Assembly (NCBI GenBank): GCA_043822785.1
Contig: JBDRBN010000051.1
Coordinates: forward strand, 1 to 25,448
Source of the DNA: Pseudomonadota bacterium
GTDB lineage: Bacteria; UBA10199; 2-02-FULL-44-16; JAAZCA01
Reading direction: 5' to 3'
DNA length: 25,448 nt
The notes under the pieces were generated by a model. That model was not told the DNA's origin, did no database searches, and worked only from the letters and a program-made list of their open reading frames with translations. Both the position numbers and the translations under genes were made by a program. Below, piece after piece: positions 18,172-25,448 of this stretch (positions are counted from its first letter, which is position 1; every line of letters starts with the position of its first letter).

Positions 18172-19032
18172 ATGGCAGAAGGCAGAATTGGAATAATCGG
18201 CGGCAGCGGCCTGTATGACATAGAAGGTGTGAAAATCGAAGAGGAGCGCACCTTTGCCACGCCCTTTGGTGCTCCGTCAGATGCAATAATGTTGGGCACG
18301 CTCGAAGGTAAAGAGGTGGCGTTTATTCCCCGCCACGGCCATGGCCACCGTATCCTTCCGCATGAGATAAACTTTAGGGCAAATATCTATGCGCTTAAAT
18401 CCCTGGGCGTTAACAGGATCATTTCAGTCTCAGCAGTCGGCTCCATGCGGGAAGAGATAAAGCCAGGCGAGCTCGTGATGGTGGATCAGTTTGTGGATCG
18501 CACAAAAGATCGCCCTCAAACCTTTTTTGGAAACGGAATCGCAGCGCACGTGGCGTTTGCCGATCCTGTGTGCAAAAACCTAAAGGAGGCAGCAATATCA
18601 GCTGCTAAAGAAGCTGGCATTAGAGCACATAGCGGAGGAACCTATGTCTGCATCGAAGGGCCCATGTTTTCATCGCGTGCTGAATCACATATATATCGCT
18701 CTTGGGGCGTAAACGTAATCGGCATGACAAACTATCAGGAGGCCAAGCTCGCAAGAGAAGCAGAGATCTGCTACACGACTATCGCGCTGGTAACTGATTA
18801 TGATTGTTGGCGGGCTGAAGACGAAGGCGTGGATGTGGAGATGATAGTAAAGACGCTTACCGAGAATGTTGAAAAAGCTAAGAAGGTGATAAAAAAGATG
18901 CTGCCGACGCTTACTGAAAAGGATTGCGCATGCCACCATGCGCTTGAGAATGCGATTATGACGAAGCACGAGCTCATACCTGAAGAGGTAAAACGAAATC
19001 TTAAGCCGATTATTGGGAAATATGTAAAATAG
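18172..19032 (+). CDS. mtnP: S-methyl-5'-thioadenosine phosphorylase
   Basis: IGIIGGSGLY, TPFGAPSD, PRHG..H, INFRANI, SAVGSM, EGPMFSSRAES, IGMT, EAKLAREAEICY, VTDYDCW. Confidence 0.95.
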   Translation: MAEGRIGIIGGSGLYDIEGVKIEEERTFATPFGAPSDAIMLGTLEGKEVAFIPRHGHGHRILPHEINFRANIYALKSLGVNRIISVSAVGSMREEIKPGELVMVDQFVDRTKDRPQTFFGNGIAAHVAFADPVCKNLKEAAISAAKEAGIRAHSGGTYVCIEGPMFSSRAESHIYRSWGVNVIGMTNYQEAKLAREAEICYTTIALVTDYDCWRAEDEGVDVEMIVKTLTENVEKAKKVIKKMLPTLTEKDCACHHALENAIMTKHELIPEEVKRNLKPIIGKYVK

Positions 19033-19033
19033 A

Positions 19034-19061
19034 GCGAGAAACGCAAGCAACGCGAGAAACG
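19034..19061 (+). repeat. Three degenerate 9-mers of the same family as 18040-18084
   Basis: GCGAGAAAC GCAAGCAAC GCGAGAAAC. Confidence 0.8.
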
Positions 19062-19119
19062 TATGATAATTGAGGAACCAAAGAACATCGGTAATTGGAG
19101 AAGGGGGACAGGAGGAAAT

Positions 19120-20052
19120 ATGAGCATCCTTGTGGTTGGATCTGTCGCATACGATGATCTTGAAACACCCAGCGGGAAGCGCGAAAATATTCTAGGAGGC
19201 GCGGCAACGCACTTTTCTGCTGCTGCTAGTTTCTTCACGAGCGTACACTTAGTGGGAGTTGTAGGCAATGACTTTGCGCAAGAGCATATTGATTTCTTAG
19301 AGGGAAGGGGCATTAACCTCACAGGCCTCAAGATAGTTCCTGATGGTAAGACGTTTCACTGGTCAGGGCATTACTTGAATGATCTCAACCAGGCTGAGAC
19401 TTTGGACACACAGCTTGGCGTATTTGCAACATTTGACCCTGAGCTTACTGATCATCATCGCACGCGTCCCATCCTGTTTTTGGCAAACATTCATCCTGAG
19501 CTTCAACTCAAGGTGCTTGAGCAGATGCATGGGCCAAAGCTCATAGCCATGGATACCATGAACCTGTGGATCAACACTGCGCGCGATACACTCATGAAAG
19601 TAATAAAATGCGTGGATATGATCTTTGTAAATGATGCAGAGGCTAGATTGCTCACAGGCAAGAAGAACGTAACTTTTGCAGCAAGAGAGATCATGAGTTG
19701 GGGACCCAAGTTTGTGGTAGTAAAGCGCGGTGAGTACGGCTCGCTCGTTTATTCAGGCGACAAGGTGTTCTCCACTCCGGCTTATCCGCTTACAGAAGTG
19801 GCTGATCCAACAGGCGCCGGCGATACATTTGCCGGCGGGTTTCTTGGGTATCTAGCCAAGACAGGCAGCTTTGACGATATGGCTTTACGGCGTGCAGCAG
19901 CATGCGGCAGCGTGATGGCATCTTATCAGGTGGAGGACTTTGGCCTTGATAGGCTGCGCTATCTCACACATGCGGACATCGATTCAAGGTTCCGCCAGCT
20001 CAGCGAACTAACCCATTTTGGCGCAGCACCGGTGTTTGTAGAAGGTCCATAA
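19120..20052 (+). CDS. PfkB/ribokinase family sugar or nucleoside kinase
   Basis: VVGSVAYD, LGGAA, GVVGNDF, DTMNLWI, VKRGEYG, DPTGAGDTFAGG. ATG 19120 has GGAGG upstream. Confidence 0.93.
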   Translation: MSILVVGSVAYDDLETPSGKRENILGGAATHFSAAASFFTSVHLVGVVGNDFAQEHIDFLEGRGINLTGLKIVPDGKTFHWSGHYLNDLNQAETLDTQLGVFATFDPELTDHHRTRPILFLANIHPELQLKVLEQMHGPKLIAMDTMNLWINTARDTLMKVIKCVDMIFVNDAEARLLTGKKNVTFAAREIMSWGPKFVVVKRGEYGSLVYSGDKVFSTPAYPLTEVADPTGAGDTFAGGFLGYLAKTGSFDDMALRRAAACGSVMASYQVEDFGLDRLRYLTHADIDSRFRQLSELTHFGAAPVFVEGP

Positions 20053-20093
20053 TAGATTATGAGCAATTAAACTAATACAAAAGGAACTTACCT

Positions 20094-20447
20094 ATGAGTC
20101 TGACAGAAAGTCAAAAATCGCGTAGGGCGATGCTCGAGCAGGAACTCAAAAGGATTGTAGAGGTCATTTTGAAGAATTATCAGCCTCAAAAGGTCATACT
20201 CTTTGGCTCGTTGGCAATCGGCGAAGTTCAGGAATGGAGCGACATAGATCTGATGGTTGTGATGGAGACGGATAAACCGTTTATGCAAAGAATCAAGGAG
20301 ATGGTTGAGTGTATCAAGCCCAATGTTGGAACCGATATTTTGGTATATACTCCGAAGGAGTTTGAGGAGCTTTGCAAAAGCCGGAGATTCTTTCAGGATG
20401 AGATCGACGAAAAGGGGAGGACAGTCTATGAAAAACAGGTGGCTTGA
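20094..20447 (+). CDS. Minimal nucleotidyltransferase (MNT), putative antitoxin
   Basis: LFGSLAIG...SDIDL (GS-x10-DxD), DILVYTPKEF; overlaps the HEPN gene. Confidence 0.9.
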   Translation: MSLTESQKSRRAMLEQELKRIVEVILKNYQPQKVILFGSLAIGEVQEWSDIDLMVVMETDKPFMQRIKEMVECIKPNVGTDILVYTPKEFEELCKSRRFFQDEIDEKGRTVYEKQVA

Positions 20448-20808
20448 GTTTGCTGGCTATGATCTCAAGATGGCAGAGCTGGCCCTCGAAGAAGGAATTA
20501 CCACTCAAGTATGCTTTCATGCACAGCAGGCAACTGAGAAAGCACTCAAGGCATGGTTAGATCACCAGAAGCTCAAGATACCAAAGACACATAAACTTGC
20601 AGATTTAGCTACCTTAGAAGATTTTGCCTTCCTCGGTGAACTTTTCGATAAACTGGCAGTGTTGGATAGTTTCTATATACCCACGCGCTATCCGGATGCG
20701 TTGCCCGGAACCCTTCCAGAAGGTGAGCCTTCAAGAGATATGGCTAAGGAGGCGCTGGAGACAGCTCTGCAAATAGTGGAGATCGTAGAAGCTCAAACGT
20801 CAAAATAA
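20428..20808 (+). CDS. HEPN domain protein (MNT-HEPN pair)
   Basis: WLEFA..DL..A, CFHAQQATEKALKA, PKTHKL, YIPTRYPD. ATG 20428 has GGAGG upstream. Confidence 0.9.
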   Translation: MKNRWLEFAGYDLKMAELALEEGITTQVCFHAQQATEKALKAWLDHQKLKIPKTHKLADLATLEDFAFLGELFDKLAVLDSFYIPTRYPDALPGTLPEGEPSRDMAKEALETALQIVEIVEAQTSK

Positions 20809-20817
20809 CAGGAAGGT

Positions 20818-20849
20818 AAAAAAACGGAACAGCTGAGTAGCTGCTCCGT
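20818..20849 (-). terminator. Intrinsic terminator between convergent genes
   Basis: ACGGAACAGCT/AGCTGCTCCGT stem with a T-run on the minus strand. Confidence 0.65.
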
Positions 20850-20872
20850 CTGATTATTCTTCCTCTGACTGA

Positions 20873-21790
20873 TTATTTTTTCAGCACATAATCTAAAGCT
20901 GCAAGGTTGATGGCCATATCCAAGCAGGAAGCTCTGTTTTCTGCAGTAATCGAACCAACATCAGTACGCAAGATTACGCTTGCGGAAGCGTCGTTCGCTG
21001 CCATGCATACATCGACTATGCTTTTGCAGGCCGTTTTTTTGGCGTCATCTTTAAGCTCCGTATCACAGCGCGCATATCCGTCACTGTTTGAAACTGCCGG
21101 CCTTGAAGGTGTGGTATTGCTTGCTGGTTCTGAATTTTGGGGTTGTTCTATATCAGTTGAAGGTTCTTCAACCTCTGAAGGCTCATCCGTATAGTCAGAA
21201 TGTTCAGGCCTATCAATATCATAATCGCCATACCCATGTTTCCGCCGTTCTAATTTCTCAACCTGCTCATCAATCATCGTATAAGCCCCTGCAGCTACAC
21301 CAAGAAAAAACAAAGGGTTGAAATATCCGGTGACTGTTGTTCTTGGTGCTCCGATCTCTTCATGGCCGGAATAAGCCAGGACGCTGACGTCAAGGCCAAA
21401 GGCATCTTTTAAAAAGCCAGCCCTAAGGGTTGGTGCAACACCAAAAGCCGCGTCCGCGTTTTCATTTCCTGTAAGTGCGCCCATTCTTACAAGTACGTCT
21501 AGGTTTACGAGTATCCAGTCAAACCTAAGGCCTGTCTCGCCGCCTAATGTCCATACGCTATTTCCCAGGTGAGTTGCGTTAAAATTGATTGGCAGCTGAA
21601 TTATGTCATAGCCGGTATCTTCGATGTTTGCCTCGATAGCATCTGGAGCGAGATATTTTGCATCATATCCCAGTCCAATGGTAATGCCAGGCGTTACGCT
21701 GAAAGCAAATGATGTTTCATCATATCCACCACTGCCGGCAAATGATGCGCCAAATCCAGTATCTAGATGAATTCCTTGTACGCCACCCAT
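20873..21790 (-). CDS. Hypothetical protein (305 aa): beta-rich N-terminal part, acidic linker, Cys-containing C-terminal domain
   Basis: Long ORF with AAAGGA upstream of the ATG; no recognised family. Confidence 0.75.
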   Translation of the reverse strand: MGGVQGIHLDTGFGASFAGSGGYDETSFAFSVTPGITIGLGYDAKYLAPDAIEANIEDTGYDIIQLPINFNATHLGNSVWTLGGETGLRFDWILVNLDVLVRMGALTGNENADAAFGVAPTLRAGFLKDAFGLDVSVLAYSGHEEIGAPRTTVTGYFNPLFFLGVAAGAYTMIDEQVEKLERRKHGYGDYDIDRPEHSDYTDEPSEVEEPSTDIEQPQNSEPASNTTPSRPAVSNSDGYARCDTELKDDAKKTACKSIVDVCMAANDASASVILRTDVGSITAENRASCLDMAINLAALDYVLKK

Positions 21791-21850
21791 AATTGCGTCC
21801 TTTCTGCTCCTGAATTTTCCTGACCAACACCATTGCTGATCTGATATATG

Positions 21851-21875
21851 TATCGGTCGTTTTTTTTTTTGTTGC
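21851..21875 (-). promoter_or_regulatory. Candidate sigma28/FliA-like promoter with poly-A spacer
   Basis: The minus strand reads GCAAC-N14(A11CGA)-CCGATA, about 60 nt upstream of the 21790 start. Confidence 0.35.
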
Positions 21876-21957
21876 GTGGTTTTTTAAAAAAAAATGGTTG
21901 GTGGGAATTGGGCAGTAATTACAATGAGTTATGGCCAATCCGTCTCAAGCGTAACCT

Positions 21958-22182
21958 CTCACGATTTTGAAGTGCCAGAATGTCATCCCGAGCCCTTCGA
22001 CTCCTCCTCGACTTGCTTACGCTCGCTCGGGGTCGCTCAGGGTAAACTCCGTCGAGGGATCCATTGCTTTTTTTGCCGAGTTTTACTGCAAGGGATTCCT
22101 CCACGAAGCTTGCCCTGAGCGAACAACGTGAGTCGAAGGGGTCGGAATGACATTATAGGGGCATTCACTTCAAAATCGTGAG
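21958..22182. mobile_element. MITE-like nested palindromic element
   Basis: 17-bp perfect terminal IR CTCACGATTTTGAAGTG/CACTTCAAAATCGTGAG encloses a 25-bp IR with 2 mismatches (21979-22003 / 22130-22154) and family-B modules (CCTTCGACT...CGCTCAGG). No target duplication seen. Confidence 0.65.
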
Positions 22183-22207
22183 GGAAATGCGGAGCTAGTA
22201 CAAGTAA

Positions 22208-22510
22208 TTACTCCCATCGTTTAGTTGGCTCTGGTTTTGTTTTTTCCTTTTCCTTCATCTTTTTGCGATAAGCTTTTTCTGCTTCTGAGGGCTCGCTCTT
22301 GGCAGTGGATTTGGTAGATTTTGTTTCTTTGGCTTTGTCTTGCGCTGCTGCATTCTTTTGTTCGATTTCTTTTTGCCTCTTTATCTCTTCAGGGCTTAGG
22401 ATGCGTATTTGAAACTTCATGCCATCGCTTTGTCCCTTTGTTGCATATGCAGGAAATATTTGTATGAAAAATATTGCGATTAAAGCTGCACCCAATATAG
22501 CCATGCGCAT
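22208..22510 (-). CDS. Small secreted Lys-rich protein ending PTKRWE
   Basis: Signal peptide ending AYA; AGGAG RBS; QSDGMKF motif. Confidence 0.8.
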   Translation of the reverse strand: MRMAILGAALIAIFFIQIFPAYATKGQSDGMKFQIRILSPEEIKRQKEIEQKNAAAQDKAKETKSTKSTAKSEPSEAEKAYRKKMKEKEKTKPEPTKRWE

Positions 22511-22577
22511 GTTCAGATCTCCTATCAGTAGTGTTCCAACAAGTTACGTGCAACTATTGGGAAATGTTAACCAGTCG

Positions 22578-22715
22578 GTCATTCTGAGCGCAGGCCCTTA
22601 ATAGAGGCCGCAACGAAGAATTCCCGTATTTTACTGGGATCCTTCGACTCCGTCCCGTACCGTTCGATACGGGACTTCGCTCAGGATGAGTGGTCGATAA
22701 TGTATCGACCACTCA
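22578..22715. repeat. Palindromic element (family B, complete) plus terminal hairpin
   Basis: TCATTCTGAGCG/CGCTCAGGATGA arms with internal hairpins; the right part is homologous to 13639-13717. Confidence 0.85.
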
Positions 22716-22716
22716 A

Positions 22717-23037
22717 TTATTCCCATCGTTTTGCTGGCGGGGCCGATTCCTTTTTATCGTCCACTCGTTTGTAATAGGTCTTTTCCTCGTAATACTCTCT
22801 ATCCTTTTCCACAGAGTCTTTTTCATATCCTGCTTCGTCTGACCCCCCCATCTGCTGTTCCATGTTAGGTTTGTATTGGGGATCTGAGCCAATGTGGACA
22901 TCGGATGGACGCTTCCTTATCTCTTCTACGTTTTCAAACTTCATTTCTGTGCCTGACTGCTGTTCCTCAGAGTGCACAGGTACAGCCTGTATAAGCACAC
23001 TAAGAAGAATTGCAATATATAATATAATTACGCCCAT
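22717..23037 (-). CDS. Small secreted acidic protein ending PAKRWE
   Basis: ATG 23037 has GGAGGT upstream; signal peptide ending VHS; QSGTEMKF motif. Confidence 0.8.
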   Translation of the reverse strand: MGVIILYIAILLSVLIQAVPVHSEEQQSGTEMKFENVEEIRKRPSDVHIGSDPQYKPNMEQQMGGSDEAGYEKDSVEKDREYYEEKTYYKRVDDKKESAPPAKRWE

Positions 23038-23128
23038 ATGACCTACCTCCCAATTTCTATAATAGCATCTATTAATGAGTTGGTGAATGGTGTTGTTAAA
23101 TATCAATCATTTCAAGGTGTTACGCTCA

Positions 23129-23232
23129 AAATTCCAAGCACCAAGCACCAAATTCCAAAACCCAAATTCCAAACAAAAACAATGAAAGTACGAAGTTTGG
23201 AGTTTGGTTATTGGAATTTGCCCCGCAGGGGC
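23129..23232. repeat. Inverted heptamer arrays (AAATTCC-like x6 / GGAATTT-like x3) plus GCCCCGCAGGGGC hairpin
   Basis: AAATTCC AAGCACC AAGCACC AAATTCC AAAACCC AAATTCC AAAC ... GTTT GGAGTTT GGTTATT GGAATTT. Confidence 0.85.
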
Positions 23233-23286
23233 CTTGCGGCAAATGCCCATTTTAGCGTATACTCCTCGCTTACATGAGGAGCACAA

Positions 23287-24003
23287 ATGCAGCGTAGGTC
23301 GCATGCGATAATTCTCAAAAGGGTGGCCTTTGGTGACGCAGACTGGATCGTTACCTTCTTCTGCAGGGATGGGGGCAGGATGAGCGGTATGGCCAAGTCT
23401 GCCCGCAGCTCAAAGCGTCGGTTTGCAGGTGCGCTGGAGCCAGGTTCTATCGTGGATTTGCAATTTACCCAGCGTACCACATCAGCGCTTGTGCGTCTTG
23501 AGGAGGCATCTGTTGCCATACCTATTAATGGGGCGCTGAAATCCCTGGAGAGGATAGAAGGCATAGCTCGTACGCTTATACTTGCCCTGGCATTTTTGCA
23601 GGAAGGCGAGTCTAACCCCGCAAAATTCGATCTTTTGCGCTCACGCTTACTAAGCCTTAATGATGCTGATCCAGATCCATTTGAAACAGCGGCATTTGAG
23701 TTAACATGGCTTGCGCGCTCAGGCTTTGCTCCGGTTTTGGACTGCTGTGTCTGTTGCAGCCAAGCGACTTTAAGTACAGATGTACGTTGGTCGTTTGATT
23801 TTGATAGAGGAGGGCTTATATGCTCTCGTTGCTTTATCGGCACGACAAAAGCTGTGGCTTTAACCGGGCATGAGCTTGAAGGATTGAGCGGGCTTTTGTG
23901 TAGCAGCGCGTCCCAGAACATATCCAGTTGCAAAGCAGCAGGCAATGTAATTAGCCGGTATATAGATCATGTGCTCGGCCGACCACTGATGCAGGGGTTT
24001 TGA
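23287..24003 (+). CDS. recO: DNA repair protein RecO
   Basis: AIILKR..FGDADWIVTFF...GR....AKSARSSKRRFAGALEP; GFAPVLDCCVCC...GGLICSRC zinc site; GAGGAG RBS. Confidence 0.93.
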   Translation: MQRRSHAIILKRVAFGDADWIVTFFCRDGGRMSGMAKSARSSKRRFAGALEPGSIVDLQFTQRTTSALVRLEEASVAIPINGALKSLERIEGIARTLILALAFLQEGESNPAKFDLLRSRLLSLNDADPDPFETAAFELTWLARSGFAPVLDCCVCCSQATLSTDVRWSFDFDRGGLICSRCFIGTTKAVALTGHELEGLSGLLCSSASQNISSCKAAGNVISRYIDHVLGRPLMQGF

Positions 24004-24817
24004 TGCGAGTTATTGAAGACAGACAACCCATTTGGCCGTATATATTGCTTTCGTTCGTGCTGCATGCGCTGCTCATCATTATATTCTCTCAGTTTACATC
24101 GCCTCTTACAAACTTAGCTGAGAAGACCATAGAAGTTGTACCCGTATATGAGGTTCCAGAAGGTCGCGCTAAATACAAGATCGCTGATATAGCAGAACCA
24201 GAAGTAGAGAAAAAACCGGATAAGCCCAAGTTTCTGGGCATGTACGATACTTCTGTCAGAGAAGAAACTGTAGGTATTGGAACAAAGCCTGGTAGAGCAG
24301 GTGGAGAGAAGAAAAAGCAAGTTAAGGCTAAAGCTGAGCGAAAGACCAGGGTAAGGAAAAGATCTTCTCATTTGATGAAAGTATTTTTGAAAGCGGCCAA
24401 GCACAAGCAGACGGCGACCCTTCCAAAGGTACGACAAACGCCCTGGATGATTTCTATCCAGACTTCAAAAGGGGCGTTCACACCTATCTCAATGTGCTGC
24501 GCCATCCGGATGTGGAGTATTTCGTACGTCTGAAACGTGCCTTTAAGATCGCGTTTAATCCTATTCCTGCGCTGCGCAATCATTTTTCCTATAATCGCGT
24601 AACGCGCGGATCGGTAGATGTTGTCTTGGGCGTAAGCGTAAATCGATTAGGAGATTTGAGCGAGCTATTTGTGTTCCGCAGCTCCGGCATTGATGAATAC
24701 GACAGAGAGGCGCTTAGAACCGTTAGATCTTCAGCTCCATTCTCAACGCCTCCTGAGAAATTTATCGACGATGATGGGTTGTTAAGGATGAGCTGGACTT
24801 TTACTGTATATCTGTAA
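24003..24817 (+). pseudogene. TonB-like energy transducer (N-terminal TM SxxxH, TonB C-terminal domain) split by a frameshift at or after 24338
   Basis: Frame 0 has LLSFVLHALL. The -1 frame is open from 24338 and reads KDQGKEKIF...DFYPDFKRGVHTYLNVLRHPDVEYFVRLKR...SSGIDEYDREALRTVRSSAPFSTPP. Confidence 0.8.
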
Positions 24818-24864
24818 GAAAAGACTTAACCTTAACGATAAGGCTTTTAGAAAGGAGGGCGTTT

Positions 24865-25260
24865 GTGAAAACCAATATAAATGTGGAGAAAGAGATTGTG
24901 GTAAAAATTTCTGATGAACGCGGTGTTACGTCCCGTGTGGCAGGCGTTTTGGCCGAGGCTGGTGTGAACATAAAGGCCATATGCGGTTATGCTGTGGATA
25001 ACGATGCACATCTGCGCCTGGTGACCGATAACAACCAAAAGGCTATGGAGTCTTTGAAGCGCGCTGGCATGAAAGCAGAACAGTATGATGTGGTAAGGTG
25101 TGAGGTCTCACCAAACGTGGTTCATCCTGATTTGGGTGTGGCGCTGGCTGGCTACGAAGTAGGAAACAACTACTGGTGCGCGGCAGCGCATGGTGGAGAG
25201 CACGCGGTGTTGTATTTTCCTTTAAAGGGCAATGTGCAGCCTTCAGCAAGCAACATGTAA
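24865..25260 (+). CDS. ACT domain protein
   Basis: VKISDERGVTSRVAGVLAEAGVNIKAI ACT motif; GTG start with AGGAGG. Confidence 0.85.
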   Translation: MKTNINVEKEIVVKISDERGVTSRVAGVLAEAGVNIKAICGYAVDNDAHLRLVTDNNQKAMESLKRAGMKAEQYDVVRCEVSPNVVHPDLGVALAGYEVGNNYWCAAAHGGEHAVLYFPLKGNVQPSASNM

Positions 25261-25277
25261 TTGTAAGCTTTAGACGC

Positions 25278-25312
25278 AAAAAGGCATCCGCGGTAACTCG
25301 CGGATGCCTTTT
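25278..25312. terminator. Bidirectional intrinsic terminator
   Basis: AAAAAGGCATCCGCG-GTAACT-CGCGGATGCCTTTT. Confidence 0.9.
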
Positions 25313-25448
25313 AGTTGGCTTGGCCAAACAGCACAACACGCCAGCTCAAACCGGATTTGCCGATAGATGACCAGAAACACTGTCTGATCCGAGGTGGCGA
25401 GCGTCCAGCGCCTTTTTGATAGTACTGCTTTGTTCCAGAATATTTTTC
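25311..25448 (-). CDS. 3' end of a convergent gene (partial)
   Basis: Open frame ...QCFWSSIGKSGLSWRVVLFGQAN* ends at the terminator; too short to identify. Confidence 0.45.
   Translation of the reverse strand, partial: EKYSGTKQYYQKGAGRSPPRIRQCFWSSIGKSGLSWRVVLFGQAN

Noticed and set aside
21894..22601. Short ORFs 21894-22118, 21919-22104 and 22419-22601
   Set aside because: They are translations of palindromic repeats or antisense to real genes.
14604..22715. Integron attC sites or cassette array
   Set aside because: No integrase and no consistent RYYYAAC...GTTRRRY ends; the repeats sit between housekeeping genes.
18040..23232. CRISPR array among the repeats
   Set aside because: No run of identical 23-47-bp repeats with unique spacers, and no cas genes.
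23208..23945. 245-aa minus-strand ORF, and the other short ORFs antisense or out of frame to recognised genes
   Set aside because: Shadow ORFs of well-supported genes, with no motifs.

Overview
Bacterial chromosomal window with a deltaproteobacterium-like gene order (rlmN-mtnP-pfkB; recO-TonB-like-ACT); the taxonomy is inferred, not proven. The backbone is housekeeping and metabolic genes: gltB, an NTT/MFS-HEAT protein, a bifunctional aspartate kinase/DAP decarboxylase, a membrane SAM-dependent methyltransferase, pcm, an AraM/EgsA G1P dehydrogenase, rlmN, mtnP, a PfkB kinase, an MNT-HEPN pair and recO. The most unusual locus is at 1-610. It is a 358-bp tandem unit in which a small GIY-YIG nuclease gene is fused to the initiator tRNA-fMet gene. 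The ORF starts right after the anticodon loop of a hairpin-interrupted tRNA 5' half and stops inside the D-arm of the next tRNA copy. Only the last tRNA copy is intact. Many intergenic gaps carry modular, covarying palindromic elements (REP/RPE-like, some open in frame with the neighbouring gene). Also present: a truncated YhcG gene between 15-bp direct repeats, two small secreted paralogues ending in KRWE, and a frameshifted TonB-like gene with a CGA-AAG slippery-site candidate.
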